Source: Ostrea edulis (Eukaryota). Taken from it: a stretch of DNA of 64,000 nt. This document shows, one piece after another, positions 23,530 through 36,384 of the stretch (positions are counted from its first letter, which is position 1; each line of letters opens with the position of its first letter). Location of the stretch: NCBI RefSeq assembly GCF_947568905.1, contig NC_079165.1, positions 10,850,001-10,914,000 on the forward strand, written 5' to 3'. The notes beneath the pieces were generated by a model. That model saw nothing but the letters and a program-made list of their open reading frames with translations, searched no databases and was not told the DNA's origin. Made by a program: the position numbers and the translations under genes.

Positions 23530-26500
23530 TCACAATATATTACAAATTTTTTCAAACATATCATTGAAATCTATATGTAGCTTTTTGTATACATGAGAGT
23601 ACATCTTTAAAGAAGCTTAAACATGCATGTATATATTTTCGGTACTTTCTTCAATTTCTTTGATTCTACAGTACATCTTGTATTTGTAAATAACAGTTGC
23701 TATAGTAGAAATTACGTTATTCAAAATGACAATTCTGTGGTTGTTTTTAAGATAAAATCCAATAAGAATGTGTTTCCATTTGATGTCAAATTTGACAACC
23801 TTTGACGTTATTTCCCATATATGCTTTACATTTTCACAAAAATAAATCAAGTGTTCATTGTCTTCAACATTTTCTTTACAAAATTCACACATGTTTGATT
23901 CGGTTTTCTTTATTTTCATGAGAAAAGATTTGTTACATAGAAGATTATTGAGAAGTTTAAATTTAAATTCTGCTACCTTTTTTTCATACATATCTACGAT
24001 TTTGTTTTTGTAAATGAGACTCCAGGAGGGTTTATTAATATTTAAAGTTCTGCTATAGTAGGATTGATACAGGGGGGTATGAAATTTCCTTTGAACAAAA
24101 ATGGTATACATCTTTTTCGATGAAATATCAGTTATTTCAAGAGGTTTTTTCATTGATGTAATTTCAAAGATGAGTTTCAAGCTCAGGTTTTGATAGGGTA
24201 AATCTTGAAAATTCAAATTTCTTAGCTTTATAAAAATATTACTCATGATTTTGTATTCGCATAAAATATTTCTTTTTCTCTTAAGATTATCGTAAAACCA
24301 TTCAATGGGTTTAATACCATTTTCATCAACAATATTAACCACATATCTTAAACCACTTTGTATCCAATTTTCAAAAAATACACATTTTCCTTTATATTGA
24401 AAAAGTTTGTTACATCACAATGGTTAACATAGAACTTCATACAATTTCATATCATTGATGTCCTGGCATCTTTTGCATGAATTGAAAAATATGAATAATT
24501 CAGTATAGAACATGTTGAAATTGCTAATTAGTTCAAAATCATTCACAACTGTAGCATTTGTTTTCAGTATATATTCGATATCAATATTTCTTTCAATACA
24601 AAAACTATTTAAAAAATCTTTTAAACTGGCATTGGAGTAATATATCTTCTTCACTCACGCTGCCTTTAATGACTTTATTTTGGATTCAATATCAACTAGA
24701 TTGATACCTCCTTTAGATATTTTCCCAATCATCGTATTTCTTTTTATTCTGTCCTTTTTGTTCCAAATAAAATGAAAAAAATTTTTACTAAGAAGTTTGA
24801 TTGTTTGATCTTTTGGATAATCGAGTATAGATGCTGTATATATAAATTTTGATATATAGCAAGATTATTGATCAGACACACCTTTCCAAAAATTGTTAAT
24901 TTTCTTTTTTTCCACGATTCAAAAAGCTTTTCTACATCATCTATCTTTTTTTGTCCAGTTATTTTTTTAACATAAATCTTTGTCATGCCCAATATGTATA
25001 CCTAATACCCTTACACATGTGTCATTCACTGTAATACCATCTATATCTGCATATTGACCTTTCAGTGGTCCTAATAAAATGCACTCTGTTTTTGAAAGGT
25101 TTAATTTCATACCAGAGAACTTACTAAAAGTATTGATTTCACTAATCGCTGATTTTACAGAAGTAATATCTTTCAAAGGTAATGTACAATCGTCAGCATG
25201 TTGTAATGTTTTTACTTCACAATTCATACCTTTCTTTTTAAAACCATGTATTTCGTCATTATGACGTAATCTAATAGACAGTATTTCAGCAACAAACAGA
25301 AACATTATCGCCGAGATCGGACACCCTTGACGGATGCCTCGCATCATTGTACATCGTCTTGAGAGCCAATTATTATTTTTAAGTCTAAAAACAGGATTTT
25401 TGTATAGAATTTGAATCCATTTGATGAATTCTTGACCAAAATTAAAGCACTCTAGTGTTTTTATCATAAATGTCCATTCGACAGAATCGAACGCCTTTTG
25501 AAAATCTAGTAAAAGTAAAATTACCTCTTCATTATTATTTTCACAATATTAAAAAATGTCAACAATAAGTCTAGCATTCATACCAATATATCGGCCTTTT
25601 ATGTAGGCAGACTGATCTTTTGATATAACATTTTCCAATATTTTTTGTAATCTTTTTGCTAATACAAAGGCTAAAATCTTATAATCTGTATTGGTAAGGC
25701 TGATAGGTCTATAATTATTCAGGTGTCTTTTATCTCCCTTTTTATACAATAGTGAAATGACAGATAAACGTTGTGAATACGTAAGTGATTCTTTTTCATA
25801 TGAACTTTTCATGCAAGAATAAAAATGACTCTTTAGCTCATTCCAAAATTTCTTATAAAACTCTGATGGTATTCCATCTGAACCAGGATATTTGTTCTCC
25901 TTCATATCAAATAAGGCATCTGTATATTCATCAAGATCTGGAAATTGGTTTAACATATTCTTGTCATTATCGCTTAAAACATTCTCAAAAATTGTATTTT
26001 GTAAATAATCATTCAATTCACAATTTTCGTTTTCTTTTTGATTTGTATATAATTTTTCATAAAAGTCACACATGGTTTTCAAAATATCTTCATCTTTATG
26101 TATAACTTTATTTTTCTCATTGAACAATTGCTTAATTGTGTTTTTGGACTGACGACTCTTTTCCAAACGCATAAAATATGCTGAACTCTTTTCACCATTT
26201 TCAATCCAATTAGCTCGTGATCTTATTTGAGCACCAACTGCTTTTCGATCAATTAAAACATTTAGTTCATTTTCAAGATTTCTTTTTTCGTTCATGTCTA
26301 TTAAAATGAATCCATATTTTCTATACTAAATATTTTGTTCTCAATATACCTTATTCTTTCTTTGATTTTTTTGTTTACTCGTAATGAAAAGCTGATACAA
26401 AAAGATTTGATACAATATTTCAAATTTTCCCACGATACTTGTGGGTCTGCACTAAAATTATCAAATTTTTTAATATATGATTTCATGTCCAAAACAAAAC

Positions 26501-26973
26501 TTTCATCTTGCAGTAAGGATATATTAAATTTCCAGTAACCTGGACCTCTCTCGTTCTTATTCCTTAATATATGTAATGACAAGCATCGATGATCGCTCAT
26601 TCTAGTGCCATTTGAATGAGTACCGGGTATTCGTCTAATACCAACACCTTTGATTTCATAGATAAAAAGCTTTGTGATAAATATGTAATCAATACGACTT
26701 CTGGGGGCGTCGCTTGCATCACACCAAGTATATCCAGTTTTGTCTGGATGCAATTCATTCCATATATCACATAAATTTAAGTTAAGTAAGCATTTACTCA
26801 AAATATTGCTACATTTATCATGAGAGTACATCTTTAAAAAGCTTTAACATGCATGTATATATTTTCGGTACTTTCTTCAATTTCTTTGATTCTACAGTAC
26901 ATCTTGTATTTGTAAATAACAGTTGCTATAGTAGAAATTACGTTATACAAAATGACAATTCTGTGGTTGTTTT
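23530..26973 (-). mobile_element. 5'-truncated L1/Tx1-clade LINE ORF2 (APE endonuclease C-terminal half, RT, C-terminal Cys/His motif), disrupted
   Basis: 'YTW..SRIDYIF..SDHR..RGPGYWKFN', 'GAQIRSRANWIENGEKSSAYF', 'YRPISLTNTDYKILA', 'GIRQGCPIS..HADD', 'CEFCKENVEDNEHLIYFC'. Confidence 0.92.
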
Positions 26974-27024
26974 CAGATGTCAGATATAGCCGTCAACATA
27001 ATCAAATTTATGAAGAAATTTAAA

Positions 27025-27560
27025 GAAAGGCGAAGATAGCGAACAGTGATCAATCTCATAAATCCCACAGGAATACAAAATAAAATGTTGGGCAAAACAC
27101 AAACCCCTGGACACACCAGGGTTGGGATTAGGTACCTAGGAGGAGTAAGCATCCCCTGTCTACCGATCGCACCCACAGTGAGCCCTATGTCTTGACCAGG
27201 TAAACAGAGTAATCTGTAGTCAAAATCACTGTGCCAATAACGACCTAACAATCGGTAGGAAACACGTCAAACAGCATTTGACCCAATGATAGGTTACACA
27301 GGCAAACTAGATCATTATAACGACCATAGAATTTGCGAAATGTTGACTTTAAAAGAGACTGTTAAAACCCCTGTAACATCAACTTGTTTGTCTGTAACTT
27401 GTCTCGATTTAAAACTGATCATACGCAAAACGAGCTCTTGCGTATAGAATCAGTTGAGAGATATAAACACCATATGCAGGTGATAATGAAATATTGCTAC
27501 ATAAGTATGGGAAGTTGACGATGGAGAATATGAAATCATCTTGTCAAGGTCAGAAAATAA
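27025..27560 (-). mobile_element. Penelope-like (Naiad-type) 3' fragment, more diverged copy
   Basis: Parallel, diverged copy of about 27617-28140. Confidence 0.8.
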
Positions 27561-27616
27561 GATTAAGCGATCAATATGGTGTAGTTTTCTACAGTAAATT
27601 TGCTTGTTCCCAATGC

Positions 27617-29425
27617 AAGGTGAAGATAACGAACAGTGATCAATCTCATAACTCCTATAAGCAATACAAAATAGATAGTTGGGCAAACACGGACACCTGG
27701 ACACACCAGAGTTGGGATCAGGTGCCTAGGAGGAGTAAGCATCCCCTGTCGACCGGTCACACCCGCCGTGAGCCCTATATCCTGATCAGGTAAACGGAGT
27801 TATCCGCAGTCAAAATCAGTGTGCCAAGAACAGTCTAATAATCGGTATGAAACACGTCAGACAGAATTTGACCCAATGCGAGGTTGTATTGACGAACTAG
27901 ATTGTTATAACGACCATAGAATTTGCGAAATGCTGACTTCAATCGAGAGTGTTGAAACCCCTGCACCATCAACTTGTTTGTGAGTAGCTTACTTCTATTT
28001 AAAAACTGACTATAAGCAGAACAAGATCTTGCATATCGAATCAGTTGAGATGTATGAACACCACATGCAGGTGATAATGGAATATTGCTACATAAATATG
28101 GGAAGTTGACGATGGAGAAGGTGAAATCATCCCGTTTGTCATACAGTTGAGTTGTCAGTTTGCCGTTAATGTCTACTTTCAATAAAATATCTAAGTATGA
28201 AGCAGAAGTGGACGACTCTGTGGTGTCCTTTATTTCGAGCTCACAGGGAAATATCAAATCGACATATGAATGAAAGCTATTATTATTAATAGACAAAACG
28301 TCATCGATATATCTAAATGTCGAATTGAAGGCCACAGCGAGAGATTTTTTCTTCTCGCGTTGAAGTTTTTGAATAAATTCGGCTTCATATGAATATAGAA
28401 ACAGGTCAGCTAACAAAGGAGCACAATTCGTGCCCATGGGAATTCCAACAGACTGTTGGAAGACCTGATCACCAAAGACCACGAAGATATTGTCAATGAG
28501 GAACTCTAGCATATTTTTTATTTCAACTTCAGAGTACTTGTGCGTGGAATCAGAGTGGTGTTTAACAAAGTAAGTTTTTGAATGACTGATCACTAGATAT
28601 GAATATTTCCGTTTTTGTTGAAGAAGCAACTGTCTATGATGTCAAAAAGTCTAGTCTTTAATTTATCGTGAGGAATGATCGTGTATAGTGTTGAAAAGTC
28701 ATAAGTTTTAATGTTATTGATTTGGGAAAAATTCTGCGATTTCAAGTTTACTAAAAGTTCTTTAGAATTTTTTAGAATCCACATTTGATTAACATCACTT
28801 CTGGTATATGTAGTCGCACAGTACGTTTGAAGTTTCTCCTTCACAGCTGTTAATATTTTCGTGAGGAGAAAAGATAGGGGCTTAATAGAGCACTTACTGG
28901 ATCCAGCAATGTATCTTTGTAAGGGTTTTTATGTAGTTTAGAAATCCAGTATAGGTACGGTAACTCATATTCATTCGACCCAATTGACTGGGATATTAAA
29001 TGTGTCTAAAACTGAAGCATGGTTTTGAAGAATTTCATCTTTTGAAAGGGCAGTTGGGGTATATGTATGATTACCAAAAGTGGAATTAATGCCAAGTTCG
29101 TTTACAATACAACTAGTTTTGTCAGCTGGAACCAAAACATATTCCTCATGTAACATATCTAATTCTTTTATCACTTCTGGTTTACTAGACACACAGAAGG
29201 ATAGATGGTACGTACTTTTGTTTTCATGTGTCTAATGCGGGATTTTAATATCCCTCTTACGCTTTTAACACATTCTGACATTGTATCAAGTTCTTCGTTT
29301 TCATATTTAGCCCATCGTCTGGCATAATCTTCGACAGAATTCATAATAGAGATGAAGTTCTGTCGCCAATTAAAAGACCGATGTTCTCTGTATTTAGGAC
29401 CTTTTAGAATAAGTGATTTGAGGTC
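27617..29425 (-). mobile_element. 5'-truncated Penelope-like retroelement RT (Naiad/Chlamys-type, no C-terminal GIY-YIG)
   Basis: 'KGPKYRE', 'VLVPADK', 'LYWISKLHKNP', 'TYDFSTLYTIIPH', 'GIPMGTNCAPLLADLFL', 'FRYIDD', 'LYDKRDDF..NFPYL'. The ORF ends shortly after the RT; frameshifts present. Confidence 0.88.
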
Positions 29426-30004
29426 CTCATGCCTTTGAATTTTATGACAATATTATATCTAAAGCAGAGACAAAAGTTTAAAATGGATGTATGTAAATTG
29501 ATTGAACAACTGTATTGTCTTGTATTATTCAGTATATGAAGAAGTGTCAAGTTACAAATTATCACGACAAAACAACAAAGTAAACTTGACCTGTTTCTCT
29601 TTGTTCTAGAATTATGTTTCTTTTGATCATTGCATTTAAGTGCAGTTCATATTTCTTTATGTAATAATAAATTGTGAACGAAAATGGCTAATCATTTCAG
29701 CTCATTAACGAGATACTTTAAACGTAAATGATTATGTCCATACGAATCGAATAATCAGGAAAAAAGTAGGTGTAATTGACGTGTGTTGATACTTACAATT
29801 ACTGGATTGTATTTCTATTGAAATTAAATCCCTTCAATGCAAGCCGTTTAAATATTGATAAAGCTGCTCGATAAATGATTCTGAATTAATAACACGAATA
29901 ATCGTGTCTAATACCACCACACAAAGACAAATCACGTCAGCTGATTTTACTATACGCGCAAGTGACAAAAGTGTTGCGAAATAAGAGAAGATATCAGACA
30001 AATT

Positions 30005-31201
30005 ATGAAAAATATGCATTTCAAATTAGTTTTGATTGTTTGTATTTTCCATTCTGTGTACTCCTATAATGTTACTGACGAGGGTCGGCTCTTCACGGAC
30101 TTATTCTCCAACTACAATAAAGACCTTCGTGCTGGAAATGACAGGGACTACCCACTTAACGTGTCGATGCAATTCTATCTGCTCGCAATAAAAGAATTTG
30201 TGGAGGCGAGCAGCAAATTCACGGTAAATGGCGTGTTTGCAATCACTTGGCGAGATGAACGTTTATCATGGGATCCAGCGACGTACAATAACATCACGAA
30301 AACACTAGTGTTCCAGGAAAAAATATGGATACCCAACATCGTGACTGTAAACCCATTCGAAGAGGCCTACGGACTCGGAAGTAATCTCGTCCAGGTAAAT
30401 GTGGATAATGAGGGATCCTGTTTTTGGGTGACCATGCAGTCTTTTGAAGTTATCTGTGACGCAGACGTAACGTACTATCCTTTTGATAAGCAATATTGTG
30501 TACTTAAGTTTGTTGCTTATACTCTTGATGTAGACTGGCTAAATATATCTTTCCCAAATTCTGAAGTCACTTTGACGAATTATGAAGAAAGTGGGTTATG
30601 GAAAATTGAGGACACGGCCAACTATTGTTATATAGAAGAAGGATCTACATATGTAGTGGTCGGGTTGCACCTAAAACGGAGATCTACTTACTATCTAGCG
30701 AGTCTCATACTTCCTATGACAGTCGTGGCCATTTTACAGGCATTCGTTTTTGTTCTACCTAATGATTCTGGTGAGAGGGTCGGGTTTTCCGTGACCATTC
30801 TTCTGACAAGCGTGGTTTTCCTTACCATCATTCAGGAGAAACTTCCCGAGGCGTCCGAACCAAATATTTCTGTTCTCGGATTTCTTCTGTTTGGATATGT
30901 GATTTTAGGAGCACTTGTTACTCTGTGTGTGATTCTCAGTGCAAACATCCACTCGTTTACGGAAGCCACCCATATGCCAAAATTGCTAAGATATATATGT
31001 TGTTTGCAATCAAACATAGTGGAAGGCACCCTTTCATCTAGCAGTACGATGAAAGTTGCATCGAAGGAGGAAGAAATGGAAGAGGAGCCCCCATCATGTT
31101 CTTGGAATGACGTAGCGAAACGATTTGACAGATTCTGCTTTATTTCCTCCTTGTTTCTATATGCTATTCAAGTAATCATTTACTTTGGATTATCAGCTTG
31201 A
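30005..31201 (+). CDS. Intronless Cys-loop ligand-gated cation channel subunit (divergent nAChR-like), copy 2, 398 aa
   Basis: Signal peptide, WxPNI, Cys-loop CDADVTYYPFDKQYC, pre-M1 KRR, M2 GERVGFSVTILLTSVVF, short M3-M4 loop, WNDVAKRFDR before M4. Confidence 0.95.
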   Translation: MKNMHFKLVLIVCIFHSVYSYNVTDEGRLFTDLFSNYNKDLRAGNDRDYPLNVSMQFYLLAIKEFVEASSKFTVNGVFAITWRDERLSWDPATYNNITKTLVFQEKIWIPNIVTVNPFEEAYGLGSNLVQVNVDNEGSCFWVTMQSFEVICDADVTYYPFDKQYCVLKFVAYTLDVDWLNISFPNSEVTLTNYEESGLWKIEDTANYCYIEEGSTYVVVGLHLKRRSTYYLASLILPMTVVAILQAFVFVLPNDSGERVGFSVTILLTSVVFLTIIQEKLPEASEPNISVLGFLLFGYVILGALVTLCVILSANIHSFTEATHMPKLLRYICCLQSNIVEGTLSSSSTMKVASKEEEMEEEPPSCSWNDVAKRFDRFCFISSLFLYAIQVIIYFGLSA

Positions 31202-32235
31202 ACTCCTCTCGTCAACCCAGAGTAGGGGGTAATCTTGATCGTTGTGTATGTAATACAGGATAAATAAGGTACCTCTTCATGTAGTTTATGCGTAATAATA
31301 TCTTGGAAACAGACATTGGCTGCATTATTAAAGAAAAAATGGAAATCATGTAAACTGCAAGGTACCTGCATATTTGCAATACTTCACGTGATGCATGATT
31401 GTGTTGTTTGAATTTTAAGTCCTAGTAAAAAATGATTACTCAAGGAATTGGAATGAATGCATAGAAAAAGTCTTTCACATTTCCTGTCGAGCGACGGAAG
31501 AATTCCTATGTGTCGTCTAACCCCTTGTTGTTCGTGAACTCTTGAATAAAGATGACTTCTCCTTTCATTAGAATTGTGTGAATATAACGTTTTACGAAAT
31601 TATTGCAATATTTTCATTTCAAATTACTCTCATTTAGTAATGTGAATGTTTTTTTTAAGGATTATTACCAGTATGATAGTTCTCTATAAACGAATCATCG
31701 TTTTCTTGCATACTATGTTAATGCTCTCTCAAATTTGAATTGTTTTACTTCGTACACTAGTAATCATATAAGATGCAACTGAATTGTATTTGATAGTATG
31801 GATGATCAAGAACCTTGGAAACGGCCATCAAAGTTTAGGTTTGTCCTAATGGAATGATAACTGTATGGATTATTTGATTATAGATTGATATTCGAGCTAC
31901 CAAAGCGAAGTTTACTAAATACTTGGGTATACTGCTCCTTTAAATATTAATTAAACTATCGAAGTAATGACTTGGGAAATTGTTGTTTTCGGGAGAAGAG
32001 GGTTATGGTGTTCTTGTTCGTTAAACCGGGATTTGTTGTTCCTCTAGACCTGCCATTTATTGAGTGGATGTTTCCAGTCACGAAAGACATGCACGAGATA
32101 ATGGGGGTTGTGGAGGTATTTAGTGAAATTATTAAGATTGGGTTGTGTGTTCAAGTCTAACTTTCTGGTCTGCAGTATTGTTTATGAAATTGGAATATAT
32201 AATTAAAACTGATTTCCTTCCTTCAGTCTCCTTAA

Positions 32236-32789
32236 GGTTGATCGATCCTCATGTGATGTCATAGGTTTTTGCAAAATCTTTATTCAATTAAATTTTGCGA
32301 ATGATAGAAATATATTTTTCAGAGGAATTTTATTCACTGAATAAAATAAAAAAAAAGTAAGCTTTTGATAATGAAAAAGTTTTTATTTTCCATAGATAAT
32401 CAATTATTTATAATTTAAAAAATTGTCAAGGGCAATAACTCCTATGCTGGAATTTCCTCTACTGCATGTCTATGACACAATGATTTCCCTAATATCCACA
32501 ATTAATCTTTATATATCTATGAATTAGCAGTTTTCTTAAACTGTTGACAATTAAAATTTGTCATTTCAGTAGGTTTTTATTGATTTTCATTATTCTGTTT
32601 AACGAAAATGTGTGATTTTTAAATGTTGATATATACTTCTGGTTTTGTATGTCTGACATCTTTAAAAAGGTGGCAACATACACATTTTCTTTGGTTATTA
32701 ATTAAATTAAACTATATTGAGTGGAAATTAATACAGTTTTCCCACTTTTAACCATTCACATTGATAAGTCACGTGAGGATCAATCCACC
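32236..32789. mobile_element. Non-autonomous Kolobok-type DNA transposon
   Basis: TTAA at 32232-32235 and 32790-32793; imperfect TIR GGT(T/G)GAT(C/T)GATCCTCA(T/C)GTGA. Confidence 0.8.
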
Positions 32790-32944
32790 TTAATTGAATT
32801 GGATTCTGCTGACGAGTAAATGTGACCTATTTTTTAACCACCTATCTTTTTCATTAAAAGAAATCAAATCTGAAAATAAGTTTTACTTCTTCACATTTTT
32901 TCTTATTAGAAATAAAATCTGATATCCTCAACTCGTATGTGAAA

Positions 32945-33270
32945 AGCTGAAGAAAGCGAACAGTGATCAATCTTATAACTCCAATAAGGAATACAAAAAC
33001 GGTTGGGCAAACACGGATCCCTGGACATAGCAGAATTGAGATCAGTTGCCTAGGAGGAGTAAGTATCCCCTGTCGATCGGTCACACCCGCCGTGAGCCCT
33101 ATATCTTGATCAGGTAATCGGAGTTATTCGTAGTTAAAATCAGTGTGTCAAGAACAGCCTAAAAATTGGTATGAACACGTCAGAGAGCAGTTGACCCAAT
33201 GATAGGTTGTATTGGCAAACTAAATCGTTATAAACACCATGGAATATGTGAAAAGCTTATTTTAAACGAG
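32945..33270 (-). mobile_element. Penelope-like 3' end fragment
   Basis: Matches 27617-27950. Confidence 0.75.
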
Positions 33271-33754
33271 ACAGTTTCCGTACAGTGGACGATGTTGATG
33301 GTTTCCTTGCTTCCACTGATGTATCCTCAGCTTCTCATCAAAGTATGACAATGGCTCCTTAATAGGCAGCACCTTCTTTGAGCTGAGTTACATTGTATAC
33401 CTTTTCTCTCTATTTTTCTGTAATTGGTCTCAACCGTTGATACTCGATAAATAATGCACATCAGCTAACTGTTAACAGAGTCCAATTTCACTCAGTACAT
33501 TTCACTTCCGGGAAGTAAGATCGAACCATTAACATGGTCCAATTTTAATAGGTAGATTTATTACTTACGGAAAGTTAGAGCTACCATAGTCCATTCCATG
33601 AAGGAGACAGGTTCGGGAAGTTAACCTCAACATTGCTCAATATCATTAAAAAGTAGATTTCAGTTACGAACAGTAAGATTTATCATTAACCAAGTTTATC
33701 AACACATGTACAAAGAGATGAAACATGAAAACACAACTGACTTTGACTACACAT

Positions 33755-33915
33755 TGCTCCGTTTACCTGATCAAGATATAGGGCTCACGGCGGGTGTGAT
33801 CGGTCAACGGGGGATGATCTTCGTAGGCCATCTCTACGGTGTGTTCAGAGATGCTGGTTTGTCCTACCCTTAATTTTGTATTCTATATAGGAATGAGATT
33901 GATTATTGCTCGTTA
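33755..33915 (+). mobile_element. Penelope-like 3' end fragment, split by a later transposon
   Basis: ..CCTGATCAAGATATAGGGCTCACGGCGGGTG..; continues as TCTTCAC after 35441. Confidence 0.7.
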
Positions 33916-35438
33916 GGCCATCCTTAAAAAATTGTATGTTTGCTGTAACGCGACTCAGATTTTTCAGTGTGGGTAGGTAAGTAGGCTTTCTTTTTTTTTG
34001 AAAATCACTTACTATATTGATTTGTAAATGAGCAAAATTGCGATGTACACTAGGACAACACATTAAAGATTTCAAAACTAATAACTTTACTTCAAGAACT
34101 GAACTGGAGTCAAGTTTTCAATGCAGAATGTAAATAGATTGCAATAAACAGGTACTGGTATATATTTATATTTACATGTACATTCTGTTCTATATAACAC
34201 TACCAAGTAGACAATGGGTTTATGGTCTCATGAATTACCATTCTCTCGTGCCAATGTGACGTCACTCAAGCTAGCTTTCAGCCGAAGGTTAGACATATTA
34301 GACAAATTTTACCATTAGTCAATAAAAAATTAATATTAGAACTTACTAAAAAATATATTCAGGAGATAATGTATTTAAATACAAATACATTGTAACAACT
34401 GTCTAGTTTGGGAGCGTTACAAGTTGATAATGCGATTGGCCCACATAGTGCTTTCACCAGCGTTTATGTCAATTATCATGTGATCTAAACCTAAACAAGA
34501 GTTATTCCTTATTTGTATCGTGATACATTATGTTTATTTTGTGTGTATTGTAGTTTATAGGTATAACATAATTATACTAAATCTCACTTTGAATGTGCCT
34601 ACTGTTACACACTAATTAGGTACACAAGACACGGACAGCATTCAGACTTTATGAATATATAGGTACATGTATATATGGGCAATATGGAAAGGTATTGCTA
34701 TTATACATTACAAGTGTAATTATTTGTCAGTCCCAGTCGATCTTCAACAGATACTAAAATAAAGTTATCTATGACTAGATCTATATTTAAATGTTTATAT
34801 GTCTTCCATTTTGAAAACCTGTGAATTGTTGTTTGTCAACCAAAAAGTTACGCACTTTTTAGGTACTTGGTGGCTGCATTAAAACGTCGAATGCATTTCT
34901 GCTAGGCCTATAGTTTTAACTTGCAATTGGGACTGCTGGTAATCCAAGTCCCTTACAGTGGGTATCATTTTAATTTTTTGTCAAAGTCTATTAAAACACT
35001 AATTAATCATATGGACACGCATGATATGTAGAATCAGTGTGTGGGTTGGCAGCAACTGATGACCTCCGAGGTCAATGCACATTGGAGATGATGAGCAGGA
35101 ATTACTGTCATGAAGACAATAATTCATGAATTGACATATTAATATATTGATACGATAGGTTTATGAAGAATATTCAATCACAATTATGTTATTCAATTTG
35201 TTCTTTTATTTTTCAATTCATTTACCGTCAGTTACAGCATATATTGCTTTAAATTGACAGTCACAGTAAACGTGACCATGGACTTGTCCACCATGTTGGA
35301 TTTTTTTTTTTTGAATCTCAATCTCGATCAAAAAAAAACAAAACAACAGCTTTCAGAGTAGCCATAATAAAATTGAGTCGCGGTGTTTTGAGTGGGTCGG
35401 TCGCGTTACAGCAAACATACAATTTTTTAAGGATGGCC
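33916..35438. mobile_element. Non-autonomous DNA transposon with TTA TSD and GG..CC ends (Zator- or PIF/Harbinger-like)
   Basis: TIR GGCCATCCTTAAAAAATTGTATGTTTGCTGTAACGCGAC at both ends; TTA at 33913-33915 and 35439-35441. Confidence 0.8.
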
Positions 35439-36384
35439 TTATCTTCACTTTTTCATTGAAGAAACTTCTGTTACGGATACTCGTGCCTAACCTTTAACGT
35501 GTTTAATTTCATTAACACAGACTTTACTTACAGGATGTCAGATTTAACCGTTTTCATATTCCACTTTGAGCAAGGAGACTTCATTTACAGGAATATTAAC
35601 TATTAACACTTGCATTGTCAAGGATATAGACACGGGAACTTAACAGTGAACAGTAGTTAATTTTATTAATGAGACTGAAAGTTGCAATTAGAAGTCAAGT
35701 TTAACCGTTATCAAAGTTTATTAATTGCTTTAGAGACTCCAGGGAATCGGATTTTACAGTTCACATACTCTCATTTATAGTACGACAATTAAGATTTTCT
35801 AAGCCTACTTGGTTTGTTTCCATTCAGACGTTATTGATTTTGCAACAATTTCATATCTAACGCAGAAGGAAAAGATTTGTAATCTAATTCCAATTTCTTT
35901 TGTATTATGCTTCAGTATATTTAGAGAAGTATCGAGTTACCAATTAACATAGCAAACAATAAATCATATTGATCACTGTTCGTTATCTTCGCCTTTCATA
36001 TGACCCATTTTTCTGTGGTCTGTTGGGAAGTTTCTTTAATGTTCTTGTTATTTACTGTTGTGTATTTCATGATTTTCTGTTTAAACATAAATGATGAAAT
36101 AAAACAAATCAAAGCTGAGAAGTAATTGTATTAATGTGTGATAGCACTTGACGTAATTAATTTGATCACGGAAACAATCGCCACTTAAAAATTACAATAA
36201 ACTACAAATCACGTTCATTCTTTTCTGAAGCAAACCAATACCCTTCATTGAAGGTCGTTAAGTCTATCATGATGGCTGCTGGTATAATCACCGCCATTAA
36301 TCGTTTACAACTCCCTCACGGAATGAAAAACCACGATATCCCGATCACCTATCAAATTAAATGAAGAGTTAGTGGCTAACGAAG

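Noticed and set aside
27617-27835. Possible SECIS or selenoprotein coding in the Naiad-type element
   Set aside because: A UGAC..UGAU kink-turn-like pairing exists in the 3' UTR, but helix II pairs poorly, the apical AA is missing, and I saw no in-frame TGA at Cys positions. SECISearch on a family consensus would settle it.
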